A stretch of DNA of 63,773 nucleotides, the filler included, from Guillardia theta CCMP2712 (lineage: Eukaryota; Protista; Cryptophyta), in the NCBI RefSeq assembly GCF_000315625.1. It is 5 parts of 5 records of this genome, joined end to end, with 100 filler letters (N's around TTAATTAATTAA, not from the genome) between each part and the next. Parts side by side here need not be neighbours in the genome. Positions count along the whole stretch, not along the records: positions 1 to 22,584 come from NW_005434361.1; 4 more parts are not named here. One strand, 5' to 3'. Positions 1-11,700 of this stretch are shown here, one piece after another; position 1 is the stretch's first letter; each line of letters begins with the position of its first letter. A program made the position numbers and the translations under genes. A model generated the notes under the pieces. The model was given only the letters and a program-made list of their open reading frames with translations, was not told the DNA's origin and did not search any database.

Positions 1-18
1 TACCTTTCCGCCTCCTAG

Positions 19-1056
19 CAATACTTCGATGTGGATACCTCGGACGTACTGGACCGTCTCAAGCGCTCGGTCCCGCTCTCCGACCAGATCTTCTTCGAGA
101 ACGACATGAAGTGAGTTTGACTGACAGCTGCTTACGGCTGACGCCTCTCCCAGGCCCGACCTCTACGGCCCCTTCTGGTTGTGCACAACCCTCATATTCA
201 CCATGGCGGTGAGCTCCGTCACTGCTCGCTCAGCCTTCCCGTGATGAGCCTCAGGCTGCTGGAAACTTGGGAGCGCTGCTGTCCTTCGTGCCGACCAAGG
301 AGAATCGGGTCAAGCACCGAGTGAGGTCGTTGTGGTGGTTGACTTTCTTTGTTTCCTCCTTCAGTTCTTCACCTACAACTTCTCGAAACTCACCGTTGGA
401 ACTTCTGTGCTCTACGGATATACAGCGATTGTTCCAGTTGCAGTAAGATGCCCAGCCCACTCCTCTCCTCCTCCTACCCTCCTTCTCCTGCCTTACTCCT
501 CCTCGTCCTTGTCCTACTCTCCTCCGCGTCCTCCTCCTCCTGCCCTCCTGCTCACCTGCTCTCCTGCTCTCCTCCTCGCTCATCTGTCGTGCAGGGCTGG
601 GCGGCTTCCAAGTGGCTCATGTCTTCTCCCTTCGGACTCCTCGAGCTAGTCTGCATCTACGGATATTCTCTCACCATCTACATCCCCGCCGCGATCATCT
701 GTGTGGTGGGCGCTCCTCCTCCCCTGCCCTGCCCTGCCCTGCCCTGCCCTGCCCTGCCCTGACCTGCCCTGACCTCCACTCCCCTCCCCTCCTCTCCCTG
801 ACGCTTCTTCCTCTCTCAGGCTCCGATCGAGTTCCTGCGCTGGATCACGATCCTCGCTGCCTTTGTTATCTCCCTCAAGTTCATCACCAGAAACGTGCGG
901 GACGTCATCATCCGACAGGTACGCCTGAGCTGCCCCCCAGCAGCCGAGTGACGATGCGAGCAGGTGGACGAGAGCAAGGCCCTCATGATCCTGGTGGTTG
1001 TCGGGGCCCTGCATGCCGCGCTAGCGCTCTTCCTCAAGATCTACTTCTACAACTGA
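19..1056 (+). CDS. Yip1-domain Golgi/ER membrane protein (YIPF1/YIPF2-like), multi-exon, 5' partial
   Basis: Manual splicing across GT-AG introns gives YFDVDTSDVLDRL...PDLYGPFWLCTTLIF...YNFSKL...LLELVCIYGYSLTIYIP...LHAALALFLKIYFYN*. FDVD, PDLYGPFW and CIYGYSL are YIPF1/2 hallmarks. Confidence 0.88.
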
Positions 1057-1407
1057 TTCACAATGAAACAAGACAAACGAGATCGACTCTTTCTCCCTTC
1101 CTCTTATACACATACGGCAGTGCAAGTACGGAGACGTCGTTGCTTCACGTTTATTCGAATCGCTTTCTTCTCTCCTCCTCCTGACTTCTTCATCATCTCC
1201 ATCTCTTCCAAGCTTTACCACATTCGTGATGTCGGGCCCATGGCTCATTGATAACCATGGCCCATTGATAAGCTCAACTTTCGACTCATATCTTGACCTC
1301 CTTTCCTCCTGTCCTCTTCACATCTCCTGTCCTGTCCTCTCCTCTCCTCTCCTCTGATCTGATCTCATCACGTCTCCTCTCCTCCCCTCTCCTCTCCTGT
1401 CCTCTCC

Positions 1408-1582
1408 TCTGATCTGATCTGATCTGATCTGATCTGATCTGATCTGATCTGATCTGATCTGATCTGATCTGATCTGATCTGATCTGATCTGACCTGACCT
1501 GATCTGATCTCATCTAATCTGATCTGATCTGATCTGATCTGATCTGATCTGATCTGACCTGACCTGACCTGATCTGATCTCA
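1408..1582. repeat. (GATCT)n pentanucleotide microsatellite with GACCT variants
   Basis: Directly visible tandem array. Confidence 0.95.
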
Positions 1583-1802
1583 TCTAATCTCACCTCATCT
1601 TATCTCTCCTCCTCCTCGCTGCACCTCCTCTAAGGGCAGGTTACTATCGGAGCCCTCCGGCTGCTTTCCTTTGACCACCCCTCTCCCCCTCTCTCTTTTC
1701 TCCTTATAACTACCCCTCCTCTAGCCCACTCCGGTGGTCCCCTACGTCTCGTCCGCCCACCCTGCTGCCGCCCCCTTCCCTCCTCTCACGCCAACGCGCT
1801 CC

Positions 1803-1870
1803 TGTGCTGTGCTGTGCTGTGCTGTGCTGTGCTGTGCTGTGCTGTGCTGTGCTGTGCTGTGCTGTGCTGT
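1803..1870. repeat. (TGTGC)n microsatellite
   Basis: Directly visible. Confidence 0.95.
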
Positions 1871-2115
1871 CCTCTGTCCTGCTTCTCGTCTACCCTACTC
1901 CCTTTCTACTCATCCCTCGTTTCTCTTCCTCTCCTTCAGCTCCCTTCACATGCACTTGACTGCTCGGCTGAGCTTTCACTGTCCTGTCGTTCTTCCTTCT
2001 TGTATACTCCAACTTGGTGCACATTCCCTCGCTCTCTGCTGACTCCTGCATCTTCTCCTCAAACCCCGCGATGCTGCAGCTCTTGTTCTCTTCCCTCACT
2101 GAACTTGTTTGATCT

Positions 2116-5100
2116 TCACTCCTCCTTGTCAAAACTGCTTGTGCTCGCTCGTCTCTTCACACGCCTGTGCTTCCTCTTACTCCTGAAAGATCGACATGGT
2201 TCTCGCACGAACTCCTCGCTCCTCCCTGCCCTCTCGCCCCAAGCCTTCGGCCTCCAGCTTCTCCGAGGACGCGAGCATCTGCGTGGTAGGCCGTCCTCTC
2301 TCCTCTCGCCGCTTCTCCTCCCCTCATCAAGCGCATCCCCGCAAACCCCAGCAGCACCTCAAGCTCGTGGGCACCACCAGACTCGTCAACTTCCTCGGCG
2401 TGGACGGCCATGCGCTTTTTACTTCCTCCGCTCGACCGGCGACTGTGAGAGAGAGGACGCGGTCGGAGGGAGAGAGGACGCGGTCGGAGGGAGAGAGGAC
2501 GCGGTCGGAGGGGGAGAGGACGCGGTCGGAGGGGGAGAGGACGCGGTCGGAGGGGGAGAGGACGCGGTCGGAGGGGGAGAGGACGCGGTCGGAGGGGGAG
2601 AGGACGCGGTCGGAGCGGTCGGGCTGCCTGCTGTTTGACTTCCGCACGGTCAAGAAGAAGTCGGAGGAGGACGCGCGACCCAAGACGGCGAGAGCAGTAG
2701 TCGTGGACCAGAGCTTGTCCTTCCGACCACTCTCAGCTCGTGCAGGAGGAGGAGGAGGAGGAGGAGGAGAAGTGCGGTCGAGTTGGCATGCAGCTGGAGG
2801 AGACCAGCAGCAAGGAGCACGAGACTTGCTGTCGAAGCAGACGAGACCCGAGTGAGTGTCACGTGCTGCCTGTAAGGAGCTCACAAGCCCTCGCAGGTGG
2901 CGCAGGCAGTTCCTTGAAGCTCCTTTCCCGCAGCGAACACTGAGAAAGAGCAGGTGAAGGACGGGAGAGGCAGCGGGTGAAGGAGGGGAGAGGCAGCGGT
3001 GAAGGAGGGGAGAGGCAGCGGGTGAAGGAGGGGAGAGGCAGCGGGTGAAGGAGGGGAGAGGCAGCGGGTGAAGGAGGGGAGAGGCAGCGGGTGAAGGACG
3101 GGAGAGGCAGCGGGTGAAGGAGGGGAGAGGCAGCGGGTGAAGGAGGGGAGAGGCAGCGGGTGAAGGAGGGGAGAGGCAGCGGGTGAAGGAGGGGAGAGGC
3201 AGCGGGTGGATTGAGATAGGGTCGCAGGTTTCAGGAGGTCGACCGATCGCTTGAGAGGGAGTTTGTCCTCCATAATTGCGTGCTCGTCAGCCACGTCGAG
3301 CCTACGCCGGTAGTGTCGCTACTTGACGTGCATGCGCTGACGGCTAGTCAGAATGTGATGCAGCAGGAGCTAAAGGATCGGAGGAAGCTGAAGCAGGTGA
3401 AGGAGCAATGATGAGGTTGGAGCTGCTGACGGAGCTGCAGCGATCGCGGGGGGAGGAGGAAAGAGCAGCAGTGAGTTGCTGTGTTCTCTACCTCTTTAGT
3501 TTGTCTCCCGGTCTTGACTTGACGCAGAAAACTTCGTGCGCATCCTCGACGTCCCTCTAGAGATTCCGAGGAGAACGGAGGAGGCGGGGGAGGAGAGGGA
3601 GGAGAAGAGGAGAAGCTCGGGGGAAGCGATCGAGTCGTGGGGTGTTTCTGATAGCTTCAGCTCTGTACAGACGTAGAAAGACAATGAAGAAAAAGTGTAT
3701 CGTGCGATGATGCCAGGAAGGAAGATGCAGTGAGTGAGTGAGTGAGTGAGTGAGTGAGTGAGTGAGTGAGTGAGTGAGTGAGTGAGTGAGTGAGTGAGTG
3801 AGTGAGTGAGTGAGTGAGGGAGGGAGGGAGGGAGGGAGGGAGGGAAGGAGGGAGGGAAGGAAGAGGATTCGAGCAGCCGACAAGGAAGGAGGTGAAAGTT
3901 TCGCATCGCTGATACGACGAGATTTCAGAGGTCACAAGGTAGTCGACGAGCTCTCAAGGAGAAGCTGCTGGTTCTCTCGGTTGTCCTTGCGCGAACCATG
4001 CTTCATCTGTTGTGCGCTCAGTTGGGGGCAGGAGGAGGACGAGGGGAAAGACGGAGAGGGGGAAGGGGAGGGGGGGAGAGAGGAAAGCGATACGGGGCGG
4101 GGAAGGCGGGGCTGGGCGGGAAGGAGGTAGAGCAGGAGGCGAGGAGGAGCAGGTCTGTTGGGCTCACTTGATATCTGTCGAGGAAATCTTGAACTCGCTT
4201 CCTCGACTCACTCCAAGAGACTTCAGGCCCTGGCCGACCCGTCAGCTCTCTCACTCGTCAGAGCAGAGGAGCAGGCGAACCTGTCTTCTTCCGTGCTACC
4301 TCCACCCTCGCCGCCTCCAGGATCTTGCGTCTCAGCTCCTCGTTGGTACTCCTCCTCTCACCCTCCCCTCCCTCTGCTCCTCCTGCTCGCGATGGGACGA
4401 GCATGACCTGGTTCTTCTGCCACTGCGTCACCTTCTTCTGCCTGCATGGAGGCGTCAGGTGAGAAGGGGAGGGGAGAAGAGACCAGGAGGCGCCAGTCTT
4501 CTCCTCCTTGGAGACACCTGACCGTCTGTGTGGCAAGTCACGAGAGGAGGAGAAGGAGGAGAACAAGAGGGGGGATGGGCGGGCAGGAGGAGACAAGACG
4601 AGGAGGGAGGAGGAGGAGGAGGAAGGAGGAGGAAGGAGGAGGAATGAGGGAGGAGGAAGGAGGGAGGAGGGAGGAGAGTCATCACCGCTCGAACAAGGTC
4701 GGGAGTTCGGTCTGGACGATGTCGAGGAGGTTGAGGGCGTCTGAAATCTCCCGCACGTTCTCTTGCAGCAGCGACGTCATCGTCCGCATGCTCGCCCGCC
4801 CTCGCTCGATCTCCTTCCTCTGCGGATCGTCAGAGGTCACGTGGCTCCTCGCTCCTCCTCTACCAGGCTGTTGATCTCGAGCTGCAACCCGTTCGCCATC
4901 CCCAGCTGCACTTCCAGCTCCTCTCTCAGCTCGAGGTTGTGACCACGCAGGTGAAAGATCTCCTTCTCCGTGGCGTGACACATTCCCCGCTTCAGCTTCA
5001 CCACGAAACTCTGCCCCTCCTCTCGCTCCTCCTCCTCCTCCTCCTCCTCCTCCTCCTCCTCCTCCTGCCCCCCCTGCTGGGGGCGTCGCAGGAACTTGAG

Positions 5101-8100
5101 CTCCACCTTGGACCCTCGCTCACCCAGCACGAGCTTGCTCACCTCCTCCAGCGCCATCCTCGATGTGGGCACGTGATGGCGACCGGAGCCCGTGGGGTCG
5201 ATGGAGAGGAGGAGGTCGCCGATGTTGATCCTGCCGTCAAGGAGGGCGGGGCTGTCAGGGATGAAGCCTTCCACTCTTGGATGCGAGTCCTGCGGCTCGT
5301 ACACCATGCTCAACCCAACCCCGACAGGAGGAGGAGCAGGCAGACTGTCCTCGTCGCCTTCAGCGGTGTTGGGCTGCATGGCGGCGTCGAGGGAGAGGTA
5401 GTGCTCGGCGTCGCTGATGTGAGAGAGGGTCGAGGTCAGGACGCGCTGCGACTCCTCGAGCTTCTTGTACTTGTCTTCCAGCACTCGCGTGTACACGTCC
5501 TTGAGTTCCCGTCAGCGCCGTCAGATGGTCAGTGGACTTCACCTGCCGCTGAAGCTTCTGCTTCACCTTGAGGTACCTCTGCTTGAAGGAGAGAGCCTGT
5601 GATGATACGGCCTTGTTCGATGCTTCCACCTGAGTGCGGTGAGAAGGAAGCGAGCGGACAGGGCAGGAGTACGTATGCCCGAAGATCAGCCTCGAGCTCC
5701 GACGTGTCTGCTTGCACCTCCTCCACTCGTTTACTCCACTGACTCATAGCGGAGAACATCTCGTTCTACATCAACATCAGTCAGAGCAAAGGAGGAGGAG
5801 GAGGAGAAGGAGGAGGAGGAGGAGGAGAAGAAGGAGAAGCAGGAGAAGCAGAAGGAGGAGAAGCAGGAGAAGGAGGAGGAGGAGGAGAAGGAGGAGGAGG
5901 AGGAGGAGGAGGAGGAGGAGGAGGAGATACCTTGAAGCTGTGGAAGAGGAGGAAGAAGAGGGTCTCTAGCTCAGAGAAGCGGAGGGAAGGGAAGCAGGAG
6001 AGGAAGACCGCGTCAAACCTGAGCTCCTCTAGAGGCTCCAACAAGATTCTCTCAAGCTCGCTCCTCAGCCCCGAGAAGATGGCTGTTTCAGAACTTGCTT
6101 CGTCCCTCTCCTGCTCAGCCTCCTCCCTCCTCCTATCTGCCTCTTCTTTCACCGCCTCCAAGAGCTGGAGAGCTTTCAGAGCCTCGTCTCGTGCCTTGAA
6201 AGCTTCCTCCTTGAGCTTCTCCAACATCTCCATGCGTTCCTCTGCTACTTGTTTTGCCTGCTCTGCACGCCTCCTGCCTTCCTCCTCTTCCTCTCGTCTG
6301 TTCTCTGCTGCTTCAGCCGCCTCCTCTGCTGCTCTGATGTCACCGTCTCTTCTCTCCATCCCCTCCTGAGCCTCAATCAACTTAAGCTCGAGCTCGGCTG
6401 CCCTGCCCTCGGCCTCTGCCTTGTCTCGCTGGACAGCCTCGAGCCTCTCCTCGAGCCTCCTCCTCTCCTCCTCTCTCTCTGTCTGCGTCCTCCTCGCCGC
6501 CTCCCTCGCCGCCTCTGCCTCCCTCTCTGCCTCGTGCAGCCCGACCAGCTCCTCGTCCTGGCTTCGCTTCAGCGCTACCAGCGACGCGTACGCCTCCTCC
6601 GCCTGCCTCCTGCCTTCCTCCGCCTGCCTGCGCTGCTGCTCGAGCGTCTCGAGGGTCTGCTCGGCCTGCCGCCTGGCCTCCTCCTCCCGGTTTGCTGTCT
6701 CAATTGCCTTCAGTTTTTCGTTTTCGAGCTCGGTCATGAGCTGCTGCAGCTTTTTGATGGATTCGGCCTCTGTTTTGTGTATTTGCTGCTGCTCGTTCCA
6801 CAAGGATTGAGTCTGGTAGAGCCTTTCTTCCACCTCCTTCTTCTCCTCGTTTGCGTTGTTTGCTTTTTTTCTCTCCTCGTTGATTTCATCTCTCAGCTGT
6901 CGGACTTCTTCTTGTTTTGTCGTATGCTTTCTTGCAGCTCGTTTACTTGTCGTCTAGTCGCCATGACTTCTTCGCTGTTCTCTCTTGCTCGTTCGTTCGC
7001 TTCTTCTGCCAACTTCGCCATCCTCTCCTTCTCCTCTCTCTCCTTCTCTTGCTCGTTCTCAGCTCCCATCAGCATCTTCTGCTGCTCTTCCAGCTGTGCC
7101 TTCAGCTCGGTGTTCTGCTCCTGCAAACGCGCGACGTCGTAGAAAGTTTAGCCTCCACCTGCTTGTGCCGCTCCTGCAGCAGCCCGTACCCGCGATGCGC
7201 CTCCTCCTCGAACAGCTGGAGGCCAGCAAGACTTTCTTCGCACCGACGAGCCAGCGCGTCTCTCTCCGCTGCCAACTTCTTCCTCGCCGCCTCTGCCTCC
7301 TCAACCTGCCGCGACTGCTGCATCGACAGGGCACGACAGGCGTCACACAAACTTTCAGCCTCCGTCAGCTGAGCTTCAAGTTGAGCAGTAAGAGCCTCCA
7401 CCTCCCCCCCCATGAGCTCTGCAGCCTTGAGCCTTCCCTCCAGCATCCTCCTCTTCTTCTCCCCTTCCTGTCCGATCTTCCTGCACGTTTCTCTTGCTTC
7501 CCCCGCATCCTTCTCTGCCTCATGAATCAATCGCTCAAGGGCCTTCTTGCTGCCCTCAACAGCCTCGAGCCTCTCCTCGAGCCTCCTCCTCTCCTCCTCT
7601 CTCTCTGTCTGCGTCCTCCTCGCCGCCTCCCTCGCCGCCTCTGCCTCCCTCTCTGCCTCGTGCAGCCCGACCAGCTCCTCGTCCTGGCTTCGCTTCAGCG
7701 CTACCAGCGACGCGTACGCCTCCTCCGCCCGCCTCCTGCCTTCCTCCGCCTGCCTGCGCTGCTGCTCGAGCGTCTCGAGGGTCTGCTCGGCCTGCCGCCT
7801 GGCCTCCTCCTCCCGCGCAGCCTGGTCCTCGGCGAGCTGCCTTGCATCGAGAGCGCTGCGAGCCTGGAGCTCGAGCTCGGCTGCCCTGCCCTCGGCCTCT
7901 GCCTTGTCTCGCTGGACAGCCTCGAGCCTCTCCTCGAGCCTCTCCTCGAGCCTCCTCCTCTCCTCCTCTCTCTCTGTCTGCGTCCTCCTCGCCGCCTCCC
8001 TCGCCGCCTCTGCCTCCCTCTCTGCCTCGTGCAGCCCGACCAGCTCCTCGTCCTGGCTTCGCTTCAGCGCTACCAGCGACGCGTACGCCTCCTCCGCCCG

Positions 8101-8731
8101 CCTCCTGCCTTCCTCCGCCTGCCTGCGCTGCTGCTCGAGCGTCTCGAGGGTCTGCTCGGCCTGCCGCCTGGCCTCCTCCTCCCGCGCGGCCTGGTCCTCG
8201 GCGAGCTGCCTTGCATCGAGAGCGCTGCGAGCCTGGAGCTCGAGCTCGGCTGCCCTGCCCTCGGCCTCTGCCTTGTCTCGCTGGACAGCCTCGAGCCTCT
8301 CCTCGAGCATCGCCCTCGTTTGCTTCTTAGGGTCCATGTTAAGTTTACCTTCCTGTTCCTGTGTATTGGCCTTTTGTAGTTGCTCCTGCGTTGTGACAAA
8401 TTCATGGTAACTCGTGTCTTTCCCATCTTGTGGTGTTTGCTGTCCATTGATCGTTTCTTCCTCTTGCTCTTCTTGATCTGATGATGGTTGTCTGTTGAGT
8501 CTGTGAACCTGAACACCTTTCCATTCATGATTTGATTTTTCTTCTCGCCCTTCTTCTTCTTTTACTTGTTTTTCGACTTCATCATTGTCTTTCCCTTTCC
8601 ATTCTTGCACTTTCAGTTCTTTTTTCGCCTCTTCCGCATTCTCTCCTTCCTCCACTCGCTCCAACTCTTTCTGCACTACGAACTCCTCCTCGTCCTCCTC
8701 CTTCTCCTCCTCCTTCTCCTTGACCTCCAGT

Positions 8732-8765
<34 letters not shown>

Positions 8766-11700
8766 TTGGAGGTAAAGGAAAGCAAGGAGGCCCCATCTCT
8801 CCTTTCTGCTCGTTTGAAACATATGAAACCTCACTCAAAATTCCCGCCCCAAATTCGAAATTCCGCCGTCCATTTTCAAACATCCTCCAGCCCCCATCCT
8901 TGTTCTGCTGGATCAGAACCCTCGGCTGAGCTGAGGGTGAGCTGGGGAGCTGAGAAATCCCTTCGAACGTCACGTTGGGCACCAGCGACTCGATCGTCGC
9001 CCCCTGTCGCAGCATCAGCGAGTTTCTCAGCTGCCTCCTCTGCGCCTCCAGCACGTCAAGCTGCTCCCTTAGCCGCTCGTTGGTGCTCTGAAGCTCCTGC
9101 AGCTCCTGCCCGCGGCTCTGGAGGAGGAGGAGGAGGGAGTTGATACTCAAGTCCTTCTCCTGCAGCAGTCCCAGCAGCTGCTTCTGCCCCGAGATCAACG
9201 TTCCATTGGCCTCTTTCAGCCTTGCGTTCTCGACTTCTCTCTTCCTTCCTTCCCCCTCCTCCCCCTCCTCCTCCTCCTTCACTTCATTTCCCCCTCCTCC
9301 TTCTCGCACATACTCGTGCTTGTCCTCCTCCTCCGATTCCTTCTTGCCCTCCGCTCCTTCGCTCTCCTCCTCCTCCTCCTCCTTCGCTGCTGCCTCCGCA
9401 CTCTCGCACTCAGTCTCACCCTCCTGCCCAGGAGCAGAGACTTTAGCTCGACTGTTGCAGGCCTTGAAAACCGTTGAGTCCACGGTCTCGTCTGAGGCTG
9501 ACACGTACGTCGCGTCCTCGCTCCTCCTCCTTCCCGCCCATGGGTCGAGAACGTTTGCCCGCAAGTCTGTTCCCTCCTCTACTGCCGTCTCCCGCTCCTC
9601 CTCCTGTACTGCCGTCTCTCGCTCCTCCTCTACTGCCGTCTCTCGCTCCTCCCTCTCCTGCTCCAGCAGACTCTCTTCTGACTTGCTTCCTGACGAGAAG
9701 TCAAGGGCATCATGGAAGATTTCTAGTTCCTCCTCCTTGCTCAGCCTTCCCCTTGTCCCTCCTGTCCCCGAATTGTTCTCACCTGCTTCACCGTCCTCCT
9801 CCTCCTCCTCCTCCTCCTTCTCCTCCTCCTCCTCCTCCTCCTCCTCCTTCTCCTCCTCCTCCCGGTCCTCCCTCTTCGTCCTCCTTCTCTACAACTCCCA
9901 CCGGTAACCCCGGCAACGAAGCTGCCTCCTCAACTTGTTCCTCCTCGTTCTTGGAGACGATCTCTTGACCTGACCCCTCCCCATTGAACGCCTCCTCCTC
10001 TCTCCCAACGTCCTCCTTGTCCTGTCTGAACTTGCTCCTCCTCGCATCCTCCTGCGCTCGAGCTGCTGCAGTCTCCCTCCTCTCCCTCGTCGTCTTCAGC
10101 TCCTCTAGCAGCGTGTGCATCCTCTCAGCTGCCTCCTCGACCTCTCGAGCACTCACCAACCCCTGCTGGTGCTGCTGGGAGAGGAGGAGGAGGTCTTCCA
10201 CCATCTTCTTCTCCAGCCCCTGCGTCCTCACCATTATAGAGATCTTCCTCCGCTCGCTCTCCCTCCTCCTCGTCGCCTCTTGTGCTCTCAGCCTCCTCAG
10301 CGACTTGTTGGACTCTGACAGTTTGTCCGCCAGCTGCGCGTTGGCAGCGGCGAGTTCCTCCCTCTCCTCTTCAGCTGCACTCTTCACAAGCTTCAGCTCC
10401 TTCACAAGCTTCTCCTCCGCCCTCCGAGCTGCCCCGAGCTCATGCCGGCAAGAAGACAAGTCGGATGACAGAGTCTCGTTCATCTCCTCCATCTCCCGCA
10501 GCCTCTCCTCCAGCTCGCCCACGACCTTCTTGCGGCTCTCGAGCTCGCTCTTCTTCCACCTTCTCTCCCTCTCGCTCATCGCCTCCTTCTCCATCCTCGC
10601 GCCAGCCTCCACCAGCTCCTTGTTCTCCTCCTCCAGCTGAGAGCAGAGGCTCTGCTGGGCCTCCAGCTCGGACTTTTTCTTCTGGAGCTCGACCTGCAGC
10701 TGTCGGATAGACTGCCTCCCGCGCGCCAGCTCATCCTCGGCCCTCCTCCTCTCCTCCTCCCCCGCCTTGCTGGCCTCCAGCAGGAATCTGAGCAGCTCGT
10801 CAATGGCTCCGGTGGTCTCGTAGCAGCGGAACAGCAGGAACTGCATGTCGATCGACTTTGAGAGGAACTCCGAGCCTTCCATCCTCCTCCTGCAGACTTC
10901 CAGCTGAAGGTCCTTCAGCCACCTCTCCCTGTCCTCCGACGAGCGCTGGCTGACCTCTCGCTCCATCCGAAGTTTCGCCTCCTCCTCCTTCATCCTCTCC
11001 ACCAGCACCCGCAGGGCCTCTACCTCCTGCCTCTCCCTCTCCACCTCTCCAATCATCCTCTCCATGCTCGAGCGGTAGGACACGTTCGCTACTGCCAGGC
11101 TCTGCATCTCCTCCCTCTCCCTCCTCCTCTCCTGCTCCAGAAGCGCTATCCTCTCCCTCAGCCTCTCCTCCTCCCTCGCCCTCTCCGCTTGCTCCTTCAC
11201 CGACCGAGCAGCAGCTTCCCTATCCTCCTGCCTTCGGCTGCTCATTTCCTCCTCCTCTTCAACTTCTCTGTTCTTCATCGCCGCCATCGTCTCGTTCAAT
11301 TCCCCCACGACCTCCTTCATCGCCCTTACCAGCTCCTCCACCTCTTCCCTCACCTCCTCCACCTGTCTCCACTTCCAGCTTGACCGCAAACTCTCCAGCT
11401 CCAGAATCTCCCGCTGCCTTCCCTTCTCCTTCTCCATCCTCTCCAGCTTCCCTTGCAGCTGCTGCAACTTCATCGTCGCCTCCTCCGCACACACCTTCGC
11501 CTCCATCCTCGCAATGTCCGCCATCCTCGCCCTCCTCTCTGCCTCGAGCGCCTCCTGCCGCAGCATCGCCGCCTGCTTCAGCGCATCCCCTCCCTCCTTG
11601 TGCGCCTCCTCCGCGTCCCTCTGAGCAGCGGCAAGGAGCTCCCGCAGCTCCCTGTCCACGTTGAAGGACATCTCGTCGAAGGAGAGAGCAGCAGGAACGG

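Noticed and set aside
1408-1582. (GATCT)n as a telomeric array
   Set aside because: Internal position; one of many microsatellites.
1286-1583. ORFs with RSDQI repeats and similar low-complexity ORFs (CCAVL, SLTH, poly-E/P/S) throughout
   Set aside because: Translations of microsatellites or antisense frames of E-rich genes.
6893-6925. Frame break suggesting a pseudogene
   Set aside because: One missing base in a homopolymer restores QKQEEVRQLRDE; probably a sequencing error.
7102-7160. Apparent frameshift in the coiled-coil gene
   Set aside because: A 38-nt GT...CAG intron restores the frame (HKQ|EQNTELK).
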